Sequence record: NC_101837.1 | DNA: 64,000 bases | Source of the DNA: a phage | Direction: 5' to 3' (one strand) | In this document: one piece after another, positions 28,059 to 36,946 of the stretch | Layout: the number at the start of each line of letters is the position of its first letter | Numbering within the stretch: the first letter of the stretch is position 1 | Notes under the pieces: generated by a model | Database searches by the model: none | Told to the model about the DNA's origin: nothing | What the model saw: the letters and a program-made list of their open reading frames with translations, nothing else | Program-made: the position numbers and the translations under genes

Positions 28059-28453
28059 AGATTGAGATTACTAAAGAAGGTAAGAAAGTGTCCGGCAACT
28101 ATGCAACAGTAATTCGGGATTTAATGTTTGAAGCCACCAAGATCGGTACATCTAAAGTTGGTCAAACTGTTAGTGTGAAAAGTAATATCTCCACAGGAGA
28201 GAAGGTATTCATTGTGGTCAAAGGGCAGGATCCCGTGGAAGGAACAGTGGGCCGAGGTGGCTACCTGTGCATTTCTGAAGAGCCGCGTATGTTAGTGGCT
28301 GACGCTACTATGGGTGGGAAACGTGTGTGCGAGGCGGATGAGGTAATGATTATCCAACCTGTTGATCCAGATGACCCAGCAACTTGGGTGGTAGGAAATG
28401 AAATCTTCTCTTTAGAAGAGTTATCCTTCCCAGCACCGCGCTCTGTTCAGTAA
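28055..28453 (+). CDS. hypothetical protein (132 aa)
   Basis: Tiled ORF. Confidence 0.45.
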   Translation: MKIEITKEGKKVSGNYATVIRDLMFEATKIGTSKVGQTVSVKSNISTGEKVFIVVKGQDPVEGTVGRGGYLCISEEPRMLVADATMGGKRVCEADEVMIIQPVDPDDPATWVVGNEIFSLEELSFPAPRSVQ

Positions 28454-28490
28454 TAATTTATCTTACCAGGGACGGTAGGTAGGAGGTAGC

Positions 28491-28724
28491 ATGAAAGTTA
28501 AATTTCTTACAGATTTAGGGTACCCTTCCTTGGTTGACTGTGTTGGTAAAATTGTGGAAGCAAAACGGCTATCTGCAAACGAGAATGTTGTCCTGGTTAA
28601 AGGGAAGGATTTACTAGCTGCAGGTGCAGAGTCTGGCAGGATCTCTCCTGATTATATGTATTACCTATCTTTAAGTAATCTGCCAGAGCGAGGCGGTAAA
28701 GGCCTTGAAGTTGTGGAGGAGTGA
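28491..28724 (+). CDS. small acidic protein, MKVK...VVEE family
   Basis: MKVKFL start, VKGKDLLAAGAESG motif, ends EVVEE; paralogous to 32053, 32267, 34139. Confidence 0.5.
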   Translation: MKVKFLTDLGYPSLVDCVGKIVEAKRLSANENVVLVKGKDLLAAGAESGRISPDYMYYLSLSNLPERGGKGLEVVEE

Positions 28725-28729
28725 CAGGT

Positions 28730-29254
28730 ATGCTTCTGATTAACTGGGAAGACCTCTATGGGGACAAAGACCCTGTTGCGTTTGTTGATCGTAGGTGGAG
28801 ATACACTGAAGAACAACTGGCGGCAAAAAATCTAACTGCAAAACGCAGAAAGATCATCCAGTGCAAGTACAAATACGCACAGTTTGCTGCAAAAGTGTCT
28901 CCACAAATCGAGAGCTTTGTGCTTAAATTGTATGACGAGTACCTCAAATCCAAATTGGATTTTGTGCAGGTGTACCGTGCACAGGTACGACCAGATACCA
29001 ACATGTGTAGATGGAAGGTTGTTTGTGAAGGTAAAGATTTGCCGCTCAGCTTGACAATTGAGTGGCGTTATGGGTATCATGAGTGTGGTCTGTATGATAT
29101 TTGGGATGTCATTGTAGATCCTGCTAAGCATCTGAACACAGAGGAGCTGGAATATATCAATAAGGTTATTCTCGATATGTTTTTCAGCTACACACATGAA
29201 AACTCTGAGAAAGAACGGGATAATTTTCTTGACACCCTCAGCGACCATTTGTAG
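28730..29254 (+). CDS. hypothetical protein
   Basis: ATG 28730 downstream of GGAGG; track start GTG 28721. Confidence 0.45.
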   Translation: MLLINWEDLYGDKDPVAFVDRRWRYTEEQLAAKNLTAKRRKIIQCKYKYAQFAAKVSPQIESFVLKLYDEYLKSKLDFVQVYRAQVRPDTNMCRWKVVCEGKDLPLSLTIEWRYGYHECGLYDIWDVIVDPAKHLNTEELEYINKVILDMFFSYTHENSEKERDNFLDTLSDHL

Positions 29255-29284
29255 TATACAATTTAACCTACAAAGGGAGGACCA

Positions 29285-29512
29285 ATGAGTATAAATGTTG
29301 TGCTAATAGGTTACCTGGTAATGTCCGTTATAACAGCGGTATTCTTGACAGGTGTATGCATCGTGTCCAGACGAAGGGTGAAGTTTGATGATTTTATCAC
29401 CATCATCACTGCTGCACCTTTTTGGCCTGTTGTTATCTTCATCGTAATAATGTGCCTAGTTGATTACTACAAGAATATCAGGAAGGAGAGTAGGGATGGA
29501 GACCGCACCTAA
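29285..29512 (+). CDS. small membrane protein (2 predicted TM helices)
   Basis: Two hydrophobic segments, basic loop. Confidence 0.45.
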   Translation: MSINVVLIGYLVMSVITAVFLTGVCIVSRRRVKFDDFITIITAAPFWPVVIFIVIMCLVDYYKNIRKESRDGDRT

Positions 29513-29648
29513 AACTATCTATACTGTTCTTAAAGAGATTGCGTTCTACGCAGATCTTAGCCAGGCACCTTTATGGGAAAAGAGCATGTATTTAAAATGG
29601 TGCGTTAATTTAGGGAGACCTTCCAGTGTTTCAAGCCATGTTTATTGA
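29496..29648 (+). CDS. hypothetical protein
   Basis: ATG after AGGAAGGAG. Confidence 0.35.
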   Translation: METAPKTIYTVLKEIAFYADLSQAPLWEKSMYLKWCVNLGRPSSVSSHVY

Positions 29649-29731
29649 GATGCTATCTGGGATATTGTTACTGGTAGCCATCTTAGGTGGTGCAGTTCTG
29701 ATGTATAACTATCTTGAAAAAGGAGACAGCA

Positions 29732-29917
29732 ATGGTAAAAAATAAATCTTTAGAGCAGGCTGAAAACCTTCTCCACGAGCTGGTAAAGGAGTGGAAAGTT
29801 GAATACTCAGATTTTAATGCACGAGAGGGTGAAGATTATTGGCCTACGGAGCGCTCAGAGGGCGAATGGTATCAAGATTTTATAGAGTGGTTATATCAGA
29901 CGTGCGATGAGGGGTGA
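29732..29917 (+). CDS. hypothetical protein
   Basis: Internal ATG of track ORF 29714..29917. Confidence 0.4.
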   Translation: MVKNKSLEQAENLLHELVKEWKVEYSDFNAREGEDYWPTERSEGEWYQDFIEWLYQTCDEG

Positions 29918-30384
29918 CGATGTTTGTTAAATATGTAAAAACGTGCCTCAACAGTCTTGGCAGAGAGCATTGGTACACCTTGCTTGAAAAAGGGGAAATT
30001 TTAACAAAATCTGGAAAGATAACTTTGATACCTCTTGATAGTAAAGGTAAAGACCCGTCACGACTTGTTATAGATGATTACGTTACAGGTGTGACGTTCG
30101 AGGTCTCTGTGGAGAGGTTAATACGCAGAGCTGGCGGCCCTTATGACCGAAGAGAGTATGTTTTCGATTCCGTTACAGAGATGGGGGAGCATCCGTCTTT
30201 AATGTTCAGGATGGTAATCAGAGATATGAGGTCATCTATAGATAGGATCGTAAAGGACATTAAGGAACCTTTTAGAGTAAAAGTTAAGAAGTTTTTCGAT
30301 TCTAAGATTAACATACTCGCCGTTGCACTAGGTGTAGTTCAACTTCTGTTAATTTTGCACTATTTTGAACTACTATTTAAGTAG
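29914..30384 (+). CDS. hypothetical protein (C-terminal hydrophobic helix)
   Basis: ATGA coupling. Confidence 0.45.
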   Translation: MTMFVKYVKTCLNSLGREHWYTLLEKGEILTKSGKITLIPLDSKGKDPSRLVIDDYVTGVTFEVSVERLIRRAGGPYDRREYVFDSVTEMGEHPSLMFRMVIRDMRSSIDRIVKDIKEPFRVKVKKFFDSKINILAVALGVVQLLLILHYFELLFK

Positions 30385-30446
30385 TAGTTGAGATATGGCA
30401 CAAAGGATGTGCCATAGTGAAATAAACTAAGAAAGAGGTAGAGAGA

Positions 30447-30794
30447 ATGCCAAAGATTAAAACGTTATTACTGTGGGTAGCTGTTTTAGCTTTTATAGGG
30501 TACTGGACTTGGGAAACTGAATTAAAAGATATCGGATATACCAGTCTTGAGAGCAAGGCGTGCATTGGCATAACCGATGCGTTCAGGCAAAATGCTATGG
30601 ATCATGAATGTGTTGATGCAGATATAGATGAGAAACTGTCTAAGGACAAAGATTTTTACCATGGGCATGCTTTACTTGATAGTGGTGACACTGTAGAGTT
30701 CTGGTCGTGGTTTCGTGAAGATGGAACAATAAAAACAGCAGTAAAGATCTCTAACAAAGAGTTAATGCTGTTGCAGCAAAAGGAGGCTCAATGA
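30447..30794 (+). CDS. hypothetical protein with N-terminal TM/signal
   Basis: LLWVAVLAFIGYW hydrophobic N-terminus. Confidence 0.45.
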   Translation: MPKIKTLLLWVAVLAFIGYWTWETELKDIGYTSLESKACIGITDAFRQNAMDHECVDADIDEKLSKDKDFYHGHALLDSGDTVEFWSWFREDGTIKTAVKISNKELMLLQQKEAQ

Positions 30795-31078
30795 TCTGGA
30801 TATCCTATGCTGATGGTACCATGCTGTATACTGCAGGTACCAGATATGAAGTTCAGGAGAACGATAAAAAATTTATCGTAAAAACATTTGACAAGGACGA
30901 CAACCTTTTGCTAGAATTGACTTACAAAGTTGGAGAGGTATCCAATATCCAGTTGGATTGTGGTCATAAAGATAATCCACTCAAAAAACCTGGAGTAGGT
31001 AAGGCTTCAGAAGAACGTCTGTCTCGTATTGCAGAAAGCGTTTCTCCCCAAAAATCTAAGAAGAGGACTAGAAAATGA
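30791..31078 (+). CDS. hypothetical protein
   Basis: Tiled ORF, ATGA overlap. Confidence 0.4.
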   Translation: MIWISYADGTMLYTAGTRYEVQENDKKFIVKTFDKDDNLLLELTYKVGEVSNIQLDCGHKDNPLKKPGVGKASEERLSRIAESVSPQKSKKRTRK

Positions 31079-31269
31079 AAAACTTACGTTTTAACACTTA
31101 TTACTACAACACATTGAATGATTTGTATTATATTGTTCGAAGTAAAAGTCCTGAAACAGTCCTATTCTGCCGCGAACCTTTCAAAGGGGAGGAAGTAGAG
31201 TCTGAGATGAATGTTAGCCAGATCACCTCTTTGTTGCTCTCAGGCGCAATGGAAGAAGCAATATTCTAA
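31075..31269 (+). CDS. hypothetical protein
   Basis: Tiled ORF. Confidence 0.4.
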   Translation: MKNLRFNTYYYNTLNDLYYIVRSKSPETVLFCREPFKGEEVESEMNVSQITSLLLSGAMEEAIF

Positions 31270-31287
31270 ACCAGGCAGGAGGGTTTT

Positions 31288-31476
31288 ATGAAGCACTATT
31301 GCCTGTCTGGTAGAATGGGTGCAGATTGTGATTGGGTTTTCTTAAAACTTGTCAGCATTCGAGAGTTCATCCCAGAGGAAGAGCAAGAAAGCGAGCTGAT
31401 GTCATGGATCAACCATTACGGTAACACTTTTCGGCATGTTAAGGTAGAAGAGTTGCCAAGCGAGGCTGAATTATGA
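31288..31476 (+). CDS. hypothetical protein
   Basis: RBS GGAGGG upstream. Confidence 0.4.
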   Translation: MKHYCLSGRMGADCDWVFLKLVSIREFIPEEEQESELMSWINHYGNTFRHVKVEELPSEAEL

Positions 31477-31769
31477 AACTTTTTGAGTGGTTTAAAAAGT
31501 TTAAATATAAAGCTGTAGCCATCGTGCCGTGGTCCATTCAGTGGGTTGATGAAGGTGGTCTACCGATACCTGGTGACAAAGATACTGGGTACTGGATTAT
31601 GATGGAGAACGGGTTTGGAAAGCGAAAGTATACGTGCACAAACTCTACTCGATCTGCACTTAATAGAGTGCCTGGTTACAAACTTATGGTTGTGTGGAAA
31701 ATGTCAGGCGTGCCTCCAGCCAATGCTCAATTTCTTACTGACAATCCGACCACGGTAGAGGGAGATTGA
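31473..31769 (+). CDS. hypothetical protein
   Basis: Tiled ORF. Confidence 0.4.
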   Translation: MKLFEWFKKFKYKAVAIVPWSIQWVDEGGLPIPGDKDTGYWIMMENGFGKRKYTCTNSTRSALNRVPGYKLMVVWKMSGVPPANAQFLTDNPTTVEGD

Positions 31770-31771
31770 TA

Positions 31772-32053
31772 ATGAAAAAGATTAACAGTAGTGAAGTAGA
31801 GTTTAAACTTGTCGGAAAAGGCACTTACTGGGAAGTTCGTCAAAAGGTATATTTGTTCGGTCTTATTCCCTACTGGTCTAAATTCTACTGGGGAGCTAAC
31901 GAGTTGGGAAGATACGCCACCAAATCAATGGCACTTATTGGTATAGCAGAGTACATTGCAGCCCGAGACAGGGTTGGAACCACTTATTACTACACTGCTG
32001 ACGATATTCGTAACAGTGTTTACGTCCCACAACCACCTGATGGAGACCGTTGA
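31772..32053 (+). CDS. hypothetical protein
   Basis: Tiled ORF. Confidence 0.4.
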   Translation: MKKINSSEVEFKLVGKGTYWEVRQKVYLFGLIPYWSKFYWGANELGRYATKSMALIGIAEYIAARDRVGTTYYYTADDIRNSVYVPQPPDGDR

Positions 32054-32277
32054 TGAAAGTTAAAGTTTTAGATTCAAGCTTCTATATTGGTCAGGAGCCT
32101 TTAGTAGGAAAAGTGTTTACTGCTGTCCCTAACGAAGATTACCCTGACCTTTTAAAAATAAAAGGAGCAGATCTTATTGCCGCTGGTGCATCTCAGGAAT
32201 GCTTTGACAGTCAGTGGACCTATAACTTTGCCCTAGGTGAGGATGTAGAGGTAGTGGAGGACGATCATGAAGGTTAA
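32053..32277 (+). CDS. small acidic protein, MKVK...VVEE family
   Basis: MKVKVLDSSFYIGQ, IKGADLIAAGASQE, ends VEVVEDD. Confidence 0.5.
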   Translation: MKVKVLDSSFYIGQEPLVGKVFTAVPNEDYPDLLKIKGADLIAAGASQECFDSQWTYNFALGEDVEVVEDDHEG

Positions 32278-32521
32278 AATTCTTGATTCTAACGTCTACT
32301 TGGGACAATCCTTCCTGAATGGAAAGGTCGTTCCTGCGGTATACTTTGAAGGGTTGCCGTGGGATGATCCTGTGCGGCAACATCACAGTTATGTAGGCCA
32401 CAACGTGGTGTTTATCTTGGGATCAGACCTGATCACCGCTGGTGCACCTGAATATTATTTCGGGGAAGAGTCCTACTATGCCTTTGGGGTAGGGTCAGAT
32501 GCAGATATTGTAGAGCTGTGA
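32267..32521 (+). CDS. small acidic protein, MKVK...VVEE family
   Basis: MKVKILDSNVYLGQ, GSDLITAGAPE, ends DIVEL; tandem with 32053. Confidence 0.5.
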   Translation: MKVKILDSNVYLGQSFLNGKVVPAVYFEGLPWDDPVRQHHSYVGHNVVFILGSDLITAGAPEYYFGEESYYAFGVGSDADIVEL

Positions 32522-32533
32522 TGGGTAACCGTT

Positions 32534-32932
32534 GTGAAAAATAAACTGTTTAAAGTTACAATGAAAATTCGCGGGGCTTGGAGCGTAAAGCAAGGGCGTA
32601 TCCCAGAATTTGAGAAAGACTTCTACGTAGTCTCCACCTCGGAGGAGGCTGCATGCTGGCAGGCTGGCTATGCATATGCAAGAACCTGGTACGAAGGATA
32701 CCAGACTGGTGGCTATGACGGAGAAATTATCAGCAAGGGTGTAGAAGAAATTAATGTGTTGACAAGTGAAAAAGTTTTTGTTATAGTGCATCCAGATTCC
32801 AGAGTGAAGCATTACTGGAATGCCAGAACAAAAACTTGGACACCGTTTGCAGATTCTGCTACACCACTTTTAAACCAGAAAGCTCTTGACTCTGTCCCGA
32901 GCTATGGGGTTGTTGAAGAAAAGCTAAACTGA
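32534..32932 (+). CDS. hypothetical protein, paralog of 34739..35134
   Basis: Shares HP(D/H)S..K.YYWN...K.WTP motif with 34739 gene. Confidence 0.45.
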   Translation: MKNKLFKVTMKIRGAWSVKQGRIPEFEKDFYVVSTSEEAACWQAGYAYARTWYEGYQTGGYDGEIISKGVEEINVLTSEKVFVIVHPDSRVKHYWNARTKTWTPFADSATPLLNQKALDSVPSYGVVEEKLN

Positions 32933-32949
32933 AACGGTGAGGTACTAAC

Positions 32950-33240
32950 ATGATGGATTTAGTTCTAGACACTGATAACACCGGAGCGTTTAAAAAGGAT
33001 GGTGTAACAAGCGTTGACCAATCATTCCCTGCCAAGATTGACTCAAAATGGACCTACAAGTTTGATGGAGAGATCTTCGCAAATGATGAGAAGGTTGTAG
33101 ATGCTGCAGCCATTTTGAACGCTCTAGGGTACGACCCTGTGAATTCTTTGATCAAGGATCCTGTTGAGTTTGCAGAGTATGTTCGAAAAATGGCAGATCT
33201 TGCTGTGGATATTTTAAAAACTATCGACAACAATCTGTAA
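32950..33240 (+). CDS. hypothetical protein
   Basis: Tiled ORF. Confidence 0.45.
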   Translation: MMDLVLDTDNTGAFKKDGVTSVDQSFPAKIDSKWTYKFDGEIFANDEKVVDAAAILNALGYDPVNSLIKDPVEFAEYVRKMADLAVDILKTIDNNL

Positions 33241-33246
33241 AAACTG

Positions 33247-33275
33247 TTGACACAACGCTTCAGATTTAGTATCAT
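33247..33275 (+). promoter_or_regulatory. sigma70-like promoter followed by leader hairpin
   Basis: TTGACA, 17 bp, TATCAT; hairpin AGAGGG/CCCTCT at about 33285-33303. Confidence 0.55.
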
Positions 33276-33322
33276 TGTTTTCAAAGAGGGTTTGGTTCCC
33301 TCTTCTTTAAAAGGAACACGTT

Positions 33323-33640
33323 ATGCAAATTGAAATCACTGGCAACGTAGAAATCACTGAAGGTATGGTGTCTTTCATTTCCCACAAAATGTCTAAGCTG
33401 GAGCGTTTGCATCCCTCTGCCAACTATGCACGTGTGAGTGTAAAAGTTGAAAATGATCACCAGGAAGTTATGGCGTTCATTTTTGACAATTCTGGAAAAG
33501 AAGTTATTGCCAAAGCTAAAGGCAGTGATGCTTACGAGGCAACTGACCGTATGGTAGATGTTGCAGCACGTCAACTGGCTAAATGCGGTGGAAAGAGAGG
33601 TAAGGGGAAAGGCAAAGTAAAGATTGACTTTAGAGAATGA
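33323..33640 (+). CDS. ribosome hibernation promoting factor / RaiA (YfiA) homolog
   Basis: MQIEITGNVEITEGM...KLERL...VSVKVEN...AKAKGSDAYEATDRMVDVAARQL is collinear with bacterial HPF/RaiA. Confidence 0.7.
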   Translation: MQIEITGNVEITEGMVSFISHKMSKLERLHPSANYARVSVKVENDHQEVMAFIFDNSGKEVIAKAKGSDAYEATDRMVDVAARQLAKCGGKRGKGKGKVKIDFRE

Positions 33641-33649
33641 GGTGCTACA

Positions 33650-33751
33650 ATGGGTGTGATCAAGAAATTAGTCCCAAATGTAGAGATTGCATGCTTTGAA
33701 ATTATGTTTGCAATCGCAGTTGTAGTTAATGTGTTAGGTTACGGCTATTAA
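33650..33751 (+). CDS. small hydrophobic peptide (33 aa)
   Basis: GAGGTG RBS, MGVIKKLVPNVEIACFEIMFAIAVVVNVLGYGY. Confidence 0.3.
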   Translation: MGVIKKLVPNVEIACFEIMFAIAVVVNVLGYGY

Positions 33752-33777
33752 TATCAAATAATTGAGGAGACCTCTAA

Positions 33778-34047
33778 ATGAAAATTAAATTATTCAAAAC
33801 TGAGCTGGCAGACAAAAACTGTGGACTGGTTGAAGGTATGATTGTCGAAGCACAACCAGTTGACTATATGAAGGTGGTTCGTGATGCCCTGGGTGAAGGT
33901 TTTGATCTGATGGAGCCAGCTCTGCGAGAAGATGTTATCGAGATGGCTAAAAAGCACACACCTGAAGGCATGGTGGTGTTTGTTGCACCGGGTAACGGAG
34001 AAGAGTTGATTGTAACTCCGGATGTGTATGAGATTGTAGAGGAATAA
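33778..34047 (+). CDS. small acidic protein, MK(I/V)K family
   Basis: MKIKLFK start, ends YEIVEE. Confidence 0.45.
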   Translation: MKIKLFKTELADKNCGLVEGMIVEAQPVDYMKVVRDALGEGFDLMEPALREDVIEMAKKHTPEGMVVFVAPGNGEELIVTPDVYEIVEE

Positions 34048-34138
34048 TCCTGCTTGGATTAGCATACTTCCTCGATAAGGAAGGTTTGTAATTATTTGTG
34101 GGAAAGGAATCCCAATCTCTTACCAGAGGTGATACTAT

Positions 34139-34402
34139 ATGATTGTTTATTTTAAAACTTCAGGTGGATACCCTGATTCTCAAAGCTTGATCGGAAAAAC
34201 GTGCACAGCATACTCACCTCTTGATGAGGAGGTAGGCGATATTCTACGAAATATGTATCGGATTGATCCTCAAGAAGCTTTTGATCAAAACCTTGTATTT
34301 GTCAAGGGCTCAGACATGAAGTCTTTGGGAGCATTCCCTGAAGCAGATGATGATGCCGTTTATTCGTTCATGACCCCTTTTGAAGCTATGGTTGTTGGGT
34401 GA
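34139..34402 (+). CDS. small acidic protein (family-related)
   Basis: VKGSDMKSLGAFPE resembles KG.DL..AGA motif. Confidence 0.45.
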   Translation: MIVYFKTSGGYPDSQSLIGKTCTAYSPLDEEVGDILRNMYRIDPQEAFDQNLVFVKGSDMKSLGAFPEADDDAVYSFMTPFEAMVVG

Positions 34403-34406
34403 TAAT

Positions 34407-34739
34407 ATGAAAGTACGCTTTATTGGTGAAACAATTCCTGTGCATCTCCGGTCGCCTGAGGATTCTGCAGATCTTGCATCTCAAAAGGCGAGAGGTTATG
34501 ATAAGAAAGTAACCTCAACTGATGTAGTGCTTGAGGCTACTAGTCTACCTGACCCTGCTGCATTCTTTAATCATTATGGGTACTATTTCAGCAATCTGAT
34601 GAATATCGGTGAGCTTGTGTTTATTAGTGGTGGAGAAATTGTTAGCAAGCTTGGCGGCGATCCGGATATCTTTCATGAAACCTGTCCTTTTGCATTTGTA
34701 GTAGGTTCAGATGTGGAAGTTATTGAGGAGGTGCGGTAA
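34407..34739 (+). CDS. small acidic protein
   Basis: MKVRFIG start, ends VEVIEE. Confidence 0.45.
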   Translation: MKVRFIGETIPVHLRSPEDSADLASQKARGYDKKVTSTDVVLEATSLPDPAAFFNHYGYYFSNLMNIGELVFISGGEIVSKLGGDPDIFHETCPFAFVVGSDVEVIEEVR

Positions 34740-35134
34740 TGGTAAGCCTATACCGTGTTGAGTATAGCTCAGATACTGTATACAACGTAAGAAGCAAAGA
34801 TCGCAGCGACAGAGTGCAAGAAATGTATGTTCTTGCCGACAGTCCGTTATCTGCAGCGTTCAAGGCAGGGGCTCTTGCATCTCGTTGGAAATTTGAAGGT
34901 GGATCTTTCTATGAAGAAACCCTTGAAGATTCTGTTGTTATTTCTTCTGTAGAGGTTTCAGATGACTACGAAGGGAAAAAGTTCGTAATGCGGCACCCAC
35001 ACAGCAACATTGCGTACTACTGGGATGTTCTGAACAACGAGTGGACCCCAGATCTTCAGAAGGCTACTGTGCTAACACCGTTTTTGGCAGATAAGTTCCC
35101 ACCAGAAGGTAATTTATCCGCACTGTTTCAGTAA
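34739..35134 (+). CDS. hypothetical protein, paralog of 32534..32932
   Basis: RHPHSNIAYYWDVLNNEWTP motif shared with 32534 gene. Confidence 0.45.
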   Translation: MVSLYRVEYSSDTVYNVRSKDRSDRVQEMYVLADSPLSAAFKAGALASRWKFEGGSFYEETLEDSVVISSVEVSDDYEGKKFVMRHPHSNIAYYWDVLNNEWTPDLQKATVLTPFLADKFPPEGNLSALFQ

Positions 35135-35152
35135 TTTTCTTGCACACAGGTG

Positions 35153-35181
35153 TTGACAACGCCAACCCTGTGTGAAATAAT
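35153..35181 (+). promoter_or_regulatory. sigma70-like promoter with -35 inside inverted repeat
   Basis: TTGACA, 17 bp, AATAAT; 8-bp inverted repeat CACACAGG/CCTGTGTG flanks the -35. Confidence 0.5.
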
Positions 35182-35213
35182 ACCTTCATCTTAACAAGAC
35201 AGGGGACCGATTG

Positions 35214-35471
35214 ATGAAGATTAAATTGAAAAACCTTGAAACGGCAGAGATTCAGGACGGTGTTGATTTCCGTTCTAAAGATGGTGACATCTTAGAGGTA
35301 AATATTCCAACCTACGAGCTGATTAAAGGTTTTGGCAACGTTCCGGAAGAGGATATTACAGAAATTCTTATGATGTTGATTCTTGACGGAACTGTGTTTG
35401 TAGGTGAAGGTGAGAACGCTATTGCAATCCCAGGCCATTTTTATGAAGTAGTTGACGAAGAGGTGCTGTAA
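35214..35471 (+). CDS. small acidic protein
   Basis: MKIKLKNL start, ends VVDEEVL. Confidence 0.45.
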   Translation: MKIKLKNLETAEIQDGVDFRSKDGDILEVNIPTYELIKGFGNVPEEDITEILMMLILDGTVFVGEGENAIAIPGHFYEVVDEEVL

Positions 35472-35822
35472 ATGAAAGTAGAAATTACCGGTTTTGATGT
35501 GAATGTGGTTCCGGAAGATATTTTAGCTAAACTTCCAGAAGGTTTTGGTAACGGCGTTGTGGTGGATGCTGTTCCTCCTACTAAAGACATTCTGCTGCAG
35601 TATGGTGTAGCAGAGGAAGATGTCGATAAAGTTCTTACAATGATGGCAATCGATCGTGTTGTCGTTGTTAAAGGTCTCGATAATTTTGAGAGTGATCCAC
35701 TGATTATTCGTGGAGATGACTACAAAATCATCGATAATGAAGGCCAAGAGTTCTATGAGCCTTGTGCAGAAGATATTCTTAACTTATTACTGGAAGCAGG
35801 CACCGAAGAGGAGGACGAATAA
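35472..35822 (+). CDS. small acidic protein
   Basis: MKVEITG start, acidic C-terminus. Confidence 0.45.
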   Translation: MKVEITGFDVNVVPEDILAKLPEGFGNGVVVDAVPPTKDILLQYGVAEEDVDKVLTMMAIDRVVVVKGLDNFESDPLIIRGDDYKIIDNEGQEFYEPCAEDILNLLLEAGTEEEDE

Positions 35823-36151
35823 TGAAGATTGACCCGTTACTGAAGGCTCGTGCAGAAAAAGCGTACACCATTAAGTTGACCAACTTGGTTCCTACTTGTC
35901 ATCCGGATGTAGGTTGGCCCGAAGGTTTGGTGGAGGGAACTGTAACAGCTGCATACCTTCCTAACATCAAATACCTCATGGAAATCTTGGAGCTGGATGA
36001 GGAAACGGCAGAAGAGTTCCAGTTGGACATGAAACAAAGTGGGACTCTGGTTATTCACGGGTGGTACAATACTAAAGATGCAGAAGACCCTCTGGTAACT
36101 TCTAATCTGGCATATGAAATCTTAGGGCCTTTGAACCTGGAGGAAGACTAA
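35822..36151 (+). CDS. small acidic protein
   Basis: ATGA coupling, acidic. Confidence 0.45.
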   Translation: MKIDPLLKARAEKAYTIKLTNLVPTCHPDVGWPEGLVEGTVTAAYLPNIKYLMEILELDEETAEEFQLDMKQSGTLVIHGWYNTKDAEDPLVTSNLAYEILGPLNLEED

Positions 36152-36438
36152 TGAAAGATCTGGTTAAGATTAAGATTAAAGATACCAATGGAGAACTCAG
36201 CCATTTTGGAATTAATGATGGTGACGAGCTGATCGCACACCTGCCTACCAAGGAAGTTGTAAGCAAAGCAGTTGCCGGAGAAGAAGATGCAATGCAGGCT
36301 GCAGGTGTGGATGAAAACTATGTAGCTATGTGCATGTGCCGAGATCAGGTTGTTCTGTATAAAGCGTATCGACCAAACGGAGCCACGGAGTGGCTTGTAT
36401 TCCGACCAGAAGGATATGAAATCTTAGAGGCACTATGA
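36151..36438 (+). CDS. small acidic protein
   Basis: ATGA coupling. Confidence 0.45.
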   Translation: MKDLVKIKIKDTNGELSHFGINDGDELIAHLPTKEVVSKAVAGEEDAMQAAGVDENYVAMCMCRDQVVLYKAYRPNGATEWLVFRPEGYEILEAL

Positions 36439-36527
36439 TAAATCTTGCCAAGGTTGCAACGGCACTATTAATTATTTGCTGGTCAGTAACCTTAACACTG
36501 TGTCTTGTATTTCAGTAAGGTGCTTAT

Positions 36528-36791
36528 ATGAACATCCTGATGTGGGTTGTAGCAGTGGCGTTTGTTGCATGTTTTTGCTGCTGGGTTGCGGTGAGGATTT
36601 CTGTAGCTACCCTTCGGAAGTTGGGGTTCTCAGAGTGGGATATTAATATCCTTTCTTTTCGCAATGAAACAATCTCAGCCGCCCTACTCTGTAAGAAATT
36701 CAAGTGGGAACCTTGTGAGGTCATGAACTATCTAAGAACGGGTGATATACCTGAAAGATTTAAAAAAGTTCTTGACGGCAATGATAAATGA
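36528..36791 (+). CDS. small membrane-anchored protein
   Basis: N-terminal hydrophobic helix WVVAVAFVACFCCWVAV. Confidence 0.45.
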   Translation: MNILMWVVAVAFVACFCCWVAVRISVATLRKLGFSEWDINILSFRNETISAALLCKKFKWEPCEVMNYLRTGDIPERFKKVLDGNDK

Positions 36792-36946
36792 TAGTATAGT
36801 GACTAACAAGAGGTGAGGAATGACTGATTTTACTGAAGCTTTAATGATGGCCTTGTCTGTTTTAGCGCTATCGGTGTGTTTTGGGGCGTTATTCACATCT
36901 CTGGTTAAAGTTTTACATACAGTATTATTACCCAAGGAGCGCAGTA

